64,000 nucleotides of DNA from Spirochaetia bacterium (GTDB lineage: Bacteria; Spirochaetota; Spirochaetia; CAKZLE01). A model generated the notes under the pieces. That model searched no databases. It was given only the letters and a program-made list of their open reading frames with translations, and was not told the origin of the DNA. The position numbers and the translations under genes are program-made. The stretch is from positions 1,056,001-1,120,000 of the forward strand of contig OY782041.1 of NCBI GenBank assembly GCA_963677595.1, given 5' to 3'. Below, piece by piece: positions 37,501 to 46,102 of the stretch; position 1 is the stretch's first letter; each line of letters begins with the position of its first letter.

Positions 37501-39776
37501 TCGTGAACAAGCCATTGGTGATCACCCTCCACTACAAGAACATCAGCGATGAGGGGGTCGCCCCCGAATCGCGTCTCTACTACTGGCTTCAGGAGTCTGA
37601 CGGGAGGAAGACGCTCGGGAACATCCCCACCCCCTTCCTCATGCCGGGAGAGTCGAAGGAGATCCCGATCGTCTACACCCCCCGGTCCTTCGGGGACCTT
37701 GCCATCGGGATCACGGCGGACGGGACCTACAAGATCATCGAACAGTCTGACCTCAACAACTACTATGACACGAGGGTTCCGATAGTCTCCTCCCAGGATT
37801 CGGGGATCGCCGAACCTCTCGACCAGCTCGGCCCTTTCAATGACATCCTCGGGGACGGCACTGCCGGGGTACTGGCAGCCGACATCAAGGAGGTCACGAT
37901 CGCCCGGGATGCGGACACCACCTACTTCAACATGAAGTTCCCCGAAAAGATCCAGCCGAGGATCTATGCCTACATGATCTTCATCGATGCCCCGCTGAAC
38001 GACGGGCCCGGGTACCCGGTGAGCAATCTGCAGGCTGACTACCTCATCTCGGGCGGGGCCCTCTGGCGCTATACCGGGAAGGATTCCGGCTCCTGGTCAT
38101 GGAAGAAGCTCGACTCTGTGGAGGGCTTCTCCTACAGCATCATCGATGACTCGAAGGGGATGGAGTTCGGCGTACCGAGCAGCCTCCTCTATGCCGACGA
38201 TACCGACTGGGGTAACATCATGCCGGAGGACCAGCTGGGTGCGATCTACTACGTCAGCGACGAGGACAACGAGACCCTGGACGAGATCTACCCCTCCTAC
38301 ACGACCTCTCTCGCCTTCCCACCCATGGGGAAGCGCATCACCATAGACGGGAACATGGCCGACTGGGCACTGAATGCAGCAGCAAGCTACACCGGTCGGG
38401 AATCGGTCGATGACGGCTTCAACAAGCGTCTGCTGAATGTGGCGAATGCGATCGGGGGCTATGCCGACATGAAGAAGATCTCCGTGACCTTCGATGAGTC
38501 CTACTTCTACATCCAGCTGACGATGGACCAGCGGATCAGCCTCGATCTCATCGACTACAGTATCTACTTCGACCTGGACCTCTCGGAGGAGACGGGATAC
38601 CTGCTGAGGAACAACCAGTTCGGGGCTGACTGCAGGATCCTCAACGGGGTCTTCTACACCTATGAGGGGGACGGGTTCTCCTGGGAATGGGCCCCGTCCG
38701 ACAAGCGGGTCTTCAGCAGCCTCGGCAATACCCGCTATCCCCAGTCGCTGGAGATGGCACTGGAGTACGGGGACCTCTTCGAAGGCGTGCCCGAGATGGA
38801 GATCTATATCGTCACGAGCGACAAGAAGGGTGTCGGCTGGGAAGATGACATCGACGACTTCTTCCCCGATGCTTCCCGGTCACGCTACATCATCCCCCTC
38901 GATAAGATCGATGAGGTCTATGTCGAGAGTGACCTCAGCTTCATCTCCCAGGTCGAGGAAGCGTATACTGAGGTGTCAGATGAGGACCTCTATATACAGG
39001 ATTCTGATGACGTTATTGACTACCTATTGAACACGGTGGTCTCGGTCGACACGATCGACGGGAACTTCTATGACTGGGAGCTTGACCCGAATGTGGTATT
39101 CATCGGGAAGGACGTGATCGAGAACCGGCCGATGGGTATCCAGTCCTATGACATCGATACCGTGAGCTATGTCTTCCATGACGGGCACTTCTTCGTCCGC
39201 ACGACGGTCGCAGGGCCGATCGACCGGCTCGACTGGCGTGCCGTCTACTACATCGACACGGATGACGACAAGAGTACCGGCTATGTGAACAAGAACCACG
39301 GCTATGACTACATGATGCAGGGAGACGGGAACCTCTTCTACCTCGAGGACGGCAAGGAGTTGAAGCCGGTCCTCATCGGCATGGTACCCCTGATGGTCTC
39401 GAAGTCTGACCAGATGGCGGTGGAGTTCGCCATCCCTGAGGCCATGTGCGGGGGATTCAATGACGAGTTCGTCCTCTATGTACGGTACGGGGCCCAGGAG
39501 ACCCGGTTCTCAGCCTTTGATGAGTACGGTCCGGTCAGGCTCTCCCGCTACAACAAGCTCCTGCCCACCGACAAGGTCTCCCTGCCGCCGATCTTCCTGG
39601 CTATCCTTGCAGGCATCTTCATCCTGCTGCTCTTCGCCCTGAACACCATGAACTCCTACAGGACGGCAAAGAAGCAGAAGGAGCTCGACAGGAAGCAGGC
39701 GAAACTATCCACGATCTATGCTGAACCTGAGAAGGAGGAGAAGGATGAAGACAAGAAGCATTACGATCTTGACTGA
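34512..39776 (+). CDS. Large secreted, C-terminally anchored multidomain glycoside hydrolase (GH114/PelA-like TIM barrel, Fn3-like, CARDB-like, DOMON-like repeats)
   Basis: Signal peptide; YDVVICHP, IGYVSIGED, DGIFLDTV, WES; two PDL/PDV..V.I.N.G..D..I.E..E.NN CARDB-like units; repeated (V/I)DGN..DW; C-terminal TM plus charged tail. Confidence 0.7.
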   Translation: MKKSLLPIIFCISLVFPSMLYGEPSESAAQGLADLQEIATSVGLLEEAADFESDGFDAVHLSWDPSPAAGTAGYNVYRSILRYDPERRPEITVDGNLKDWNSVRKANTYPYPEEDLLHIQDVYVTHDDANLYLAVKCTSSISDAAMTEIFLDVDQDLLTGSGSKDWRGLPIGAEIMFYYNHPDTIYRKVWDPSWEGPYPYNEFVSNNYADPAHAWKDAYDMTWIGAAEFGTTKADVIGSLLARDIPRSWENDVWEMKVPFEDLRELTGYEIDPAHFGIDIVVSTNFDQFPTVGYGPKSPMKFSYGYEKVNDEPVSGTTFDDHPIDGLEYEYTVFAVDSTGDEHLLDGWPKTADVAKSMVDDFNVSINDEHSLAVEFDFPDNDSLSEVKILRRDDRYPEGPSDGDIIKTIPYEKGGHARVIDRGLQQGKSYFYAAYSTAIDGTGSIEFWDIKDRSIPAAVRGPIEGLSPDDDYMAYFSSWDATRVYLAKKYDVVICHPGGGSQLITREQVDEIQRGLDGKRGTDDDVIVIGYVSIGEDFGINPQILRNNKVLGIHPNIDDYPEGVSWDLKNYYYPRKLETSTEGPVSYSYEDDTYTLSDADDPTYQFPSFYVDMIDYMGQGGAGQDGLPDQNIEWGGLFVDPGNTLWQDFIREADITTDYVAGIDWVLGDEDGALGCDGIFLDTVGVSAAWSQWFPYTYYGDYFWTSSGFLDFFARIGMWYPDKILMPNRPMHFMFPNMMGKRYDDFRSLINAVFWESYSADVLFWWGGNYANIFEDTVVNAEDNKDDRGFSTFVLDYWNVMIDAEEGGEYQKAPWYDTLEDQIKRAEGNDFISFVSGSRSMAEFSDFVYYYHHPEERNLPDLYVHSIGIERAENDQVSVKVNITNLGKAVDDWEHFWVQVYQNDRLIREFDIAGLRYLEIKSFDFLISPDDIGNDIRVMVDTRDDIDELDELPGHESNNTKGRYVDRYLEFVEGWYPTGFAPDVIIEDITFSSDYPVVNKPLVITLHYKNISDEGVAPESRLYYWLQESDGRKTLGNIPTPFLMPGESKEIPIVYTPRSFGDLAIGITADGTYKIIEQSDLNNYYDTRVPIVSSQDSGIAEPLDQLGPFNDILGDGTAGVLAADIKEVTIARDADTTYFNMKFPEKIQPRIYAYMIFIDAPLNDGPGYPVSNLQADYLISGGALWRYTGKDSGSWSWKKLDSVEGFSYSIIDDSKGMEFGVPSSLLYADDTDWGNIMPEDQLGAIYYVSDEDNETLDEIYPSYTTSLAFPPMGKRITIDGNMADWALNAAASYTGRESVDDGFNKRLLNVANAIGGYADMKKISVTFDESYFYIQLTMDQRISLDLIDYSIYFDLDLSEETGYLLRNNQFGADCRILNGVFYTYEGDGFSWEWAPSDKRVFSSLGNTRYPQSLEMALEYGDLFEGVPEMEIYIVTSDKKGVGWEDDIDDFFPDASRSRYIIPLDKIDEVYVESDLSFISQVEEAYTEVSDEDLYIQDSDDVIDYLLNTVVSVDTIDGNFYDWELDPNVVFIGKDVIENRPMGIQSYDIDTVSYVFHDGHFFVRTTVAGPIDRLDWRAVYYIDTDDDKSTGYVNKNHGYDYMMQGDGNLFYLEDGKELKPVLIGMVPLMVSKSDQMAVEFAIPEAMCGGFNDEFVLYVRYGAQETRFSAFDEYGPVRLSRYNKLLPTDKVSLPPIFLAILAGIFILLLFALNTMNSYRTAKKQKELDRKQAKLSTIYAEPEKEEKDEDKKHYDLD

Positions 39777-40587
39777 CAACCATACGATCACGGACTCCTA
39801 CTTCCTCGGGGAACCGGGACTCTCGATCCTCATCGAGGATGGGGAGGCATCGACCCTCTTTGACTGCGGGTATTCGGATGTCTTCATCAGGAACGCGACC
39901 AAGCTGGGGAAGGACCTCACAGCCGTTGACCATCTCGTGCTCTCCCACAGCCACCTCGACCATACCTGGGGCCTATGCGACTTCATGAGACTGTTCACCG
40001 AGGCACGGTTTCTGGGACGTAAGCCCAATCGGCCGGTCCTCGTGGCGCACCCGGAGGCCCTCACCCCGACCACCCTCCCCGGCATCGGCCAGATCGGGTC
40101 TCTTATCCCGAAAGAGCGGCTCGATCCCTGCTTCCAGGTCAGCCTATCGAGGGAGCCGGTACGGCTCTCCGAACACTGCACCTTCCTCGGGGAGATCCCG
40201 AGGGTCATGCCCTTCGAACCGGTCCCCTCGATCGGGTTCAAGGACGAAGGGCAGAGGGAGGACCATATTCCCGATGATTCAGCCATAGTCTGCACCACCG
40301 GCGAAGGACTGGTGATCATCACCGGCTGCTCCCATGCAGGGATCTGCAACATCTGTGAATACGCGAAAGAAGTATGTTCCGATGACCGCATCATCGATAT
40401 CATCGGGGGGCTCCACCTCATCGATGCACCAGCCGCACAGCTCGAAGGGACTGTCGCATACCTCAAGGGACTTGGGCTCAAGGCCCTCCATGCCTGCCAC
40501 TGCACAGGGCTGCAGGCGCTTGCAGCCCTGGCAGCTGCCGCACCGGTCATCGAGACCGGGGCAGGGCTTCGTATCACCTATACCTGA
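39745..40587 (+). CDS. Metallo-beta-lactamase fold hydrolase (MJ0301/DHPS-like subfamily)
   Basis: GEPGLS, LFDCG, LSHSHLDH, TGCSHAG, IGGLHL, CHCTG. Confidence 0.88.
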   Translation: MKTRSITILTDNHTITDSYFLGEPGLSILIEDGEASTLFDCGYSDVFIRNATKLGKDLTAVDHLVLSHSHLDHTWGLCDFMRLFTEARFLGRKPNRPVLVAHPEALTPTTLPGIGQIGSLIPKERLDPCFQVSLSREPVRLSEHCTFLGEIPRVMPFEPVPSIGFKDEGQREDHIPDDSAIVCTTGEGLVIITGCSHAGICNICEYAKEVCSDDRIIDIIGGLHLIDAPAAQLEGTVAYLKGLGLKALHACHCTGLQALAALAAAAPVIETGAGLRITYT

Positions 40588-40718
40588 GCAATGTAATAAA
40601 ACTAAGAAATTGCTTATATTCATTTACGTTTCCCTTTTTTCATACTATACTTACGGTTGGTTGATCTGAACCGATATCGTTCACTCGTGAACGAGGGTAA
40701 CACGTAACAGGAAAGCAC

Positions 40719-41156
40719 ATGCTCAAGATCGATGATTATATCCCCTTCTCTATCTCCCTTCACGGCCGCATCATGCTTGACACATTGAACGAGCTTGTCG
40801 CACCCTTCGGCATCACCCGATCCCAATGGGCGGCACTCTATTTCATTGCTGAGAATCCTGAGATCAATATGACCCGTCTCGCTGAACTCATGGTAGTCAG
40901 GACATCCACGATCGTACGGCTGGTGGAGCGGATGGTAAAAGACCTGCTGATCACCAAGAAGCAGCTTCCCTCCGACAGGAGGAACATCATGCTCACCTGC
41001 ACCAGGAAGGGAAAGCTCATCTACCGGAAGACCATACCTGTCGTCAAGCAGTTCGAGCAGAGCCTGATGGAGGGGATAGACCCCGGTGATCTCGAGACCT
41101 GCCGGACGGTCTTTCTGCAGATGGCGGCGAATGCCGCCTCCTGCAGGGATGAGTGA
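40719..41156 (+). CDS. MarR family regulator
   Basis: GITRSQW, LAELM...TIVRLVERM, DRR...T.KG. Confidence 0.88.
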   Translation: MLKIDDYIPFSISLHGRIMLDTLNELVAPFGITRSQWAALYFIAENPEINMTRLAELMVVRTSTIVRLVERMVKDLLITKKQLPSDRRNIMLTCTRKGKLIYRKTIPVVKQFEQSLMEGIDPGDLETCRTVFLQMAANAASCRDE

Positions 41157-41220
41157 TAAAATATCCCTGAATTTCCCAGATACTTGAATCAATTCGCACA
41201 TTTTTCCGTTTAGTATCTAT

Positions 41221-41904
41221 ATGAAGAACTATAAACACCATCAAAGAAACCGTGCGTTAGCTGTTTACGACGGTAAGCCGAGGGAGCGACTCACTACCCA
41301 CGGCTCAGAGTCGTTGTCCGACCTCGACATCGTGGCGATCCTGCTTGGTACCGGGAGTAAAGAGACACCGGTTCACCGCCTGGCCCTCAAGCTACTCGAT
41401 ATCATAGACGAGAAGAAGGAAGCTCTGCAGTCCTCAGACCTCACCGGGCTCAACGGTATCGGGGAAGCCAAGGCCTCAGTCCTCCTTGCTGCCCTGGAGC
41501 TGGGAAGGAGGATGGAGTATACCACAAAAAGGCAGATCGCCTTTCCCAGCGACATCTACCCCCTGGTGAGGCATTACGCGGACAGGCAGCAGGAGCACTT
41601 CCTCCGGGTATCACTCAACGGGGCTCATGAGGTCCTCTCCATCGGGGTGGTCTCCATCGGCCTGGTGAACCGGACGATCGTCCATCCCCGTGAGGTCTTC
41701 GCCACCCCGATCAGGGAACGTGCCACCTCCATCATCGTAGCCCATAACCATCCGAGCAGGAACCTCACCCCCAGCAGGGAGGACCGGGAGGTGACCATCC
41801 GGCTGGTGGAGGCCGGCAAGATCCTCGGCATCCACCTGCTCGACCACCTCATCTTCTCTGATGAGGAGTACTACAGCTTCCTCGAGCAGGGGGAGATGGA
41901 ATGA
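41221..41904 (+). CDS. radC: RadC/JAB domain protein
   Basis: PRERL, GIGEAKA, VHPREVF, AHNHPS, S.ED, LLDHLI. Confidence 0.92.
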   Translation: MKNYKHHQRNRALAVYDGKPRERLTTHGSESLSDLDIVAILLGTGSKETPVHRLALKLLDIIDEKKEALQSSDLTGLNGIGEAKASVLLAALELGRRMEYTTKRQIAFPSDIYPLVRHYADRQQEHFLRVSLNGAHEVLSIGVVSIGLVNRTIVHPREVFATPIRERATSIIVAHNHPSRNLTPSREDREVTIRLVEAGKILGIHLLDHLIFSDEEYYSFLEQGEME

Positions 41905-41916
41905 GGCTCTGTGCTG

Positions 41917-42177
41917 CTATTCATAATGCGTCCACATACGCAAGATCTTGACTATCTGGTGCTCTTCGAGCACCTGGTAGACTATTCTATGCTGGATATT
42001 GATCCTTCTGGAACAAGCCCCTGTCAGGTCTCCAAGCAATCGTTCATAGGGAGGATAATCAGTAAAAGGATCCTGTCTCAGTACATCCAGGATGTGTTCA
42101 GCTTTTCCCTTCAGGTTTGAAGCAGATAATTTCCTGGCGTCTTTTTTCGCCTGTTTTGTGAACAGTAGTGTATACAT
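41917..42177 (-). CDS. yoeB: Txe/YoeB family toxin
   Basis: PPYE.L.GDL.G.CSRRINIQHRIVY...RMWTHYE. Confidence 0.92.
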   Translation of the reverse strand: MYTLLFTKQAKKDARKLSASNLKGKAEHILDVLRQDPFTDYPPYERLLGDLTGACSRRINIQHRIVYQVLEEHQIVKILRMWTHYE

Positions 42178-42419
42178 CACCACTCAAGATCTTCATCCAG
42201 ATCAGCGACAGGGGTGTTCATCCCCTCCAGGATCGATTCCCTCATACCGGGAATAGAAGTGAGAAACAGTGTTTCCGTGATACTACGCCAGTCGTCTTCC
42301 CCGACCAGTACGGCTGAAGCATATTTACCGGTTATCTCTATAGGTTCATGAGTCTCATTCACTTCTTCAACTATTTTGTATAAATACTTTCGTGCATTAG
42401 TAACATTCATACTGCCCAT
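42177..42419 (-). CDS. yefM: Phd/YefM antitoxin
   Basis: NVTNARK.LY, EPIEIT, DWRSITETLFL.SIPGM; TGATG coupling to the toxin; CGTACG repeats upstream. Confidence 0.9.
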   Translation of the reverse strand: MGSMNVTNARKYLYKIVEEVNETHEPIEITGKYASAVLVGEDDWRSITETLFLTSIPGMRESILEGMNTPVADLDEDLEW

Positions 42420-42593
42420 ACCATCTCCGTACGCTTTTACGTACGTAGATAGTATCATATTGAATTCATCTTGTCCAGTGATTCGATCAAGCGTACGGAA
42501 AGCTGCTCAGGCATCATGCATAGGGATATTGAATGTGCCGATTTTACGATCAATCATCTGCGTGAGGTCTACACCGTAGTATCCTTGGCATCC

Positions 42594-42668
42594 CATTCGG
42601 TTAAATTCTCTCATTCCATTCGGTCATATTATCTGTTTCCATTCGGTTAGATTCTCTCTTACGGAACA
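42594..42668. repeat. 75-bp block of three 23-bp-period CATTCGG units (downstream copy)
   Basis: 68/75 identical to 44009..44083 by manual alignment. Confidence 0.9.
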
Positions 42669-42669
42669 A

Positions 42670-43935
42670 TCACGGTCTCAATGCCGTGATCGGTACCACG
42701 CAGACACCATCTGGTCTGCGGTAGGCTGCGCTTGAGAGGCCGCAGATCACACAAAGAGTAGTTGCCGGACGTTCGAATCTCTTGTTTATGTCCAGGAGCT
42801 TTGCAGCAGCCTCGTCAATCTGGTTCGCCCCCAATTTGATCTCAAAGGCGGACCAGCTTCCATCCGGAAGTTCTACAACCGCATCGATCTCATTATTCTT
42901 GTAGTCCTGGTAATGCAGGAGATTGGCACCGAAAGATTGCGCATAGATCCGGAGATCCCGTTCACATAAAGCCTCGAATAGAAATCCAAACGTCCTCAGA
43001 TCCCCGATCAATCTTCTTTCATCAGTGATGCCCAACAGCGAACATGCAAAAGATGGATCGACGAGATGGCGTTTCTCTGCCTGCTTGATGCGAAGGGAGG
43101 AACGTAAGGCAGCCGCAAATGGTTTCTGGTTCTCGATGATGAACAGCTTCCCTAAGATATTGAGGTACGCAGCGATGGTATCCTCATCGATGGTTAAATG
43201 CTCAACTCCTTTCATGTCACTCTTCAGACGTCTCATGGATGCTGTAGTACTCTCGTTCCGTGCAAGAGAGCGAAGCAGAAGACGCATCTTCGCCTCATCA
43301 CGCACATTGTCATCTACTTTGGCGATATCATTAGTCACCACATTCTCTAAGTACTGTGCTGGGACCTTACAGGCATCTTCCGTCGATAAGCCCAGGCTGC
43401 CGGGCCAGCCTCCCCTCAGGATATAGGATGCCAAAGCTTGAAGACTCACTTCGCCAGTCATGCTGTTCTCAAGCGTACCGGCACATAGCTCTTGCAAGGA
43501 TATGTTTCCAGCGGAATCTCCCGACTCGAACAACGACATAGGCATCATGCGCAGTCGTGCTATACGACCAGTACCACTATGCATGACCCCCTTGTGTGCA
43601 GGGGTGGCGCTGCCGGTAAGGATGAACTGTCCCTTCAAGGTGCTCTTATCGACGGTGAACCTTACCGCATCCCAGAGCGACGGCACTTCCTGCCATTCAT
43701 CAATCAGACGAGGCTGCGTACCTGTAAGAGCCATAGACGGATCTATCTGTGCGAGCTGCCTGTTCTGAAAATTTCTATATGGGTCTTCGACAAAGAACTC
43801 ACTTTGAGCATGCTTCTGCCCAGTCCAGGTCTTCCCGCACCACTTTGGGCCCTCAATGCAGACTGCCCCGAATACCCTGAGGTACTGCTCGATTGCCGTG
43901 TCTATGACACGTGGTCTATAGAAACTAGTGTCCAT
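42670..43935 (-). CDS. AAA_14/DUF4143-type ATPase-nuclease (paralog D)
   Basis: GPKWCGKT, RLIDEWQ, FILTGS, RGGWP, EIDAVV...FEIKLG. Confidence 0.9.
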   Translation of the reverse strand: MDTSFYRPRVIDTAIEQYLRVFGAVCIEGPKWCGKTWTGQKHAQSEFFVEDPYRNFQNRQLAQIDPSMALTGTQPRLIDEWQEVPSLWDAVRFTVDKSTLKGQFILTGSATPAHKGVMHSGTGRIARLRMMPMSLFESGDSAGNISLQELCAGTLENSMTGEVSLQALASYILRGGWPGSLGLSTEDACKVPAQYLENVVTNDIAKVDDNVRDEAKMRLLLRSLARNESTTASMRRLKSDMKGVEHLTIDEDTIAAYLNILGKLFIIENQKPFAAALRSSLRIKQAEKRHLVDPSFACSLLGITDERRLIGDLRTFGFLFEALCERDLRIYAQSFGANLLHYQDYKNNEIDAVVELPDGSWSAFEIKLGANQIDEAAAKLLDINKRFERPATTLCVICGLSSAAYRRPDGVCVVPITALRP

Positions 43936-43985
43936 GTACATGCTCCTACACAAAGAGTACTACAAAAGATTTGCATAAGCAATGG

Positions 43986-44083
43986 TATTCGGTTAAATTC
44001 CCCGATTTCATTCGGTTAAATTCTCTCATTTCAATCGGGCATATTCTCTGTTTTCATTCGGTTATATTCTCTCTAACGGAACA
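43986..44083. repeat. Four 23-bp-period ATTCGG units upstream of ATPase D
   Basis: Units at 43986, 44009, 44032 and 44055; ends ACGGAACA like the downstream copy. Confidence 0.9.
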
Positions 44084-44086
44084 TCT

Positions 44087-44968
44087 CTACAGCTTGCTGC
44101 GTGACAGCTTGAGGACACTGAGCAGGTAGAACAGGACCGCGAAGGCAACGAGGTACAACACCATGATTGGGTTGCCCAGCTCTTTGTCCCCAACGTGTAC
44201 GGAGAGCCCGTACAGGTTGGCATACTGGTCATAGGCTTCCTGCGGTGCATTGGCAAACACTTTCTCTATGGCCCCGCTCATATAGATCCTGCGAATCAGG
44301 ACGACGCTGGAGGAGGTGGGCAGCAGGTTCATCACGGCCTGCAGCCCTTCGCCCAGGACGCCGATGGGAATGTAGATGCCTCCCAGGAAGCCTATGAAAG
44401 TCCCCACAAGGGTACTGAGGAGGCCGAAGGCATTCTGGCTCCTCATGAACAGGCTGATGAAATAGAACATGCTGCTGAAGCTCACGATTGATAGACTGTA
44501 CAGGCCGACCAGCTTCAGGAGGACCTGAAGGGGGAAGAACTCCCCGCCGTTTGACAGCACATAGACCAGCCCCACTACCAGGTTCAGGCTCACCATGATG
44601 ATGGAGATGATCCATGTGCTCATCAGGTAGCTCAGGGCCAGGATGTTACGGTTGATGGGAGAGGTATAGAAATCGATGATCCTGCCTGATTCCCGGTCCT
44701 TGATCATGGTCCCCAGTGAGGCAAGGGGTACGGTCACCGTTGATACCGTCAGGATCCCCGCCATGATCCAGCTGCTCGTGAGCCAGTCGATCCCGGGGAC
44801 CGCCCCGAAGGACTGGCTCAGGTCGTTCGTCTGCATCTTTCCCAGGAACAGGATATACATCAGGATGATGATGATCACTGCAAGGAAGCTGAAGAAGACC
44901 GATGCCCGGTCACGGAAGAACAGAAGGGAATTGCGTTTGATCAACTGCAGCAAGGTCTTCATCTTCAT
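44087..44968 (-). CDS. ABC-2 type exporter permease
   Basis: FFRDR..VFFS; six TM segments; GFLGGIYIP. Confidence 0.88.
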   Translation of the reverse strand: MKMKTLLQLIKRNSLLFFRDRASVFFSFLAVIIIILMYILFLGKMQTNDLSQSFGAVPGIDWLTSSWIMAGILTVSTVTVPLASLGTMIKDRESGRIIDFYTSPINRNILALSYLMSTWIISIIMVSLNLVVGLVYVLSNGGEFFPLQVLLKLVGLYSLSIVSFSSMFYFISLFMRSQNAFGLLSTLVGTFIGFLGGIYIPIGVLGEGLQAVMNLLPTSSSVVLIRRIYMSGAIEKVFANAPQEAYDQYANLYGLSVHVGDKELGNPIMVLYLVAFAVLFYLLSVLKLSRSKL

Positions 44969-45870
44969 CTCTCCAGGTCCCTGCCGGTGATGTTCAGGAA
45001 CACATCATCCATAGAACCTTTCAGTATCTCGAACTCCCCTATCAAAGACTTGTACCTGTTCACGAGTCCCACCCCCTCGAAGGAATCCTTCAATGGTATG
45101 TTTACCGTCTCATTGACGGTGAAGTATTCCCTTCCATCCTGCTTCAGGGCTGCTTCCAGCTCCGGGGAAGGAGAGACCTTCAGCCGGTCAAAGGAGTACC
45201 GGCTTCTGAGCTCCTCACTCGAACCTACCGCCATGATCTCCCCCCGGTCGATGATCACCACCTTCCGGGCGTCGTGGACCTCCTGCATATAGTGGGTTGT
45301 CAGGAAGATCGTGATCTTCTTCTCGTTCCTCAACCGGTTGATCAAGGTCCAGATATCATTCCGGCTCTTGGGGTCGAGCCCGGTCGTGGGCTCATCCAGG
45401 ATCAGGATCTCAGGCCAGTTCAACAGGGCCCGGGCGATATCGGCCTTACGTCGCTGCCCTCCCGAGAGCCTGCCGTATCGCCGGTGGTAGAAGGGCTTGA
45501 TCTCGAGCAGGAAGTTGATCTCCTCCACCCGCTGGTCGACCTCATGCCCATGGAGGCCGTAGAAGGACCCCCGTATATGGAGGTTCTCGCGTACGGACAA
45601 CAGGTCATCCAGCACGGAATTCTGGAAGACCACCCCGATCGAGTCCCTGATGGCATCATCTTCCTTCCCCAGTTCTTTCCCGTTCACCAGGATGTGCCCG
45701 GAATCGTAGTCGAGCAGGGTCGAGAGTATGTTGATCGTCGTGCTCTTACCGGCACCGTTCGGGCCCAGGAAGGCAAAGAAGGAGTTCTTCTCCACGGTGA
45801 AACTGATCCCCTTCACCGCTTCCACCTTATCGTACCGTTTGACCAGGTCCTTGACTTCAATGCAGTTCAT
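44965..45870 (-). CDS. ABC exporter ATP-binding protein
   Basis: GPNGAGKST, LSGGQ, LDEPT, TTHY. Confidence 0.93.
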   Translation of the reverse strand: MNCIEVKDLVKRYDKVEAVKGISFTVEKNSFFAFLGPNGAGKSTTINILSTLLDYDSGHILVNGKELGKEDDAIRDSIGVVFQNSVLDDLLSVRENLHIRGSFYGLHGHEVDQRVEEINFLLEIKPFYHRRYGRLSGGQRRKADIARALLNWPEILILDEPTTGLDPKSRNDIWTLINRLRNEKKITIFLTTHYMQEVHDARKVVIIDRGEIMAVGSSEELRSRYSFDRLKVSPSPELEAALKQDGREYFTVNETVNIPLKDSFEGVGLVNRYKSLIGEFEILKGSMDDVFLNITGRDLER

Positions 45871-46102
45871 AGTAGGTATTATACCCGCATTCATGCAGGT
45901 ATTGTACTATTTATCATGAATTATCTTGTATGAGGCAGCTCCCGTCACTCATTGATGATCCCATACCCGGGGTCCCAGCACGGGGATAGGGGTCATGGGT
46001 GTACGCAAGATCCTGGTTGCACGACCTCCCGATATACTCTAAGATTGAACCAGTCACATGCAGGCCGCATGGGTGAGAGCATACGACGGATGGAGACTGA
46101 CA

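Noticed and set aside
42505-42590. Possible MazG-like gene remnant (YGVDLTQMIDRK) between the array and yefM
   Set aside because: Too short to support without a database search.
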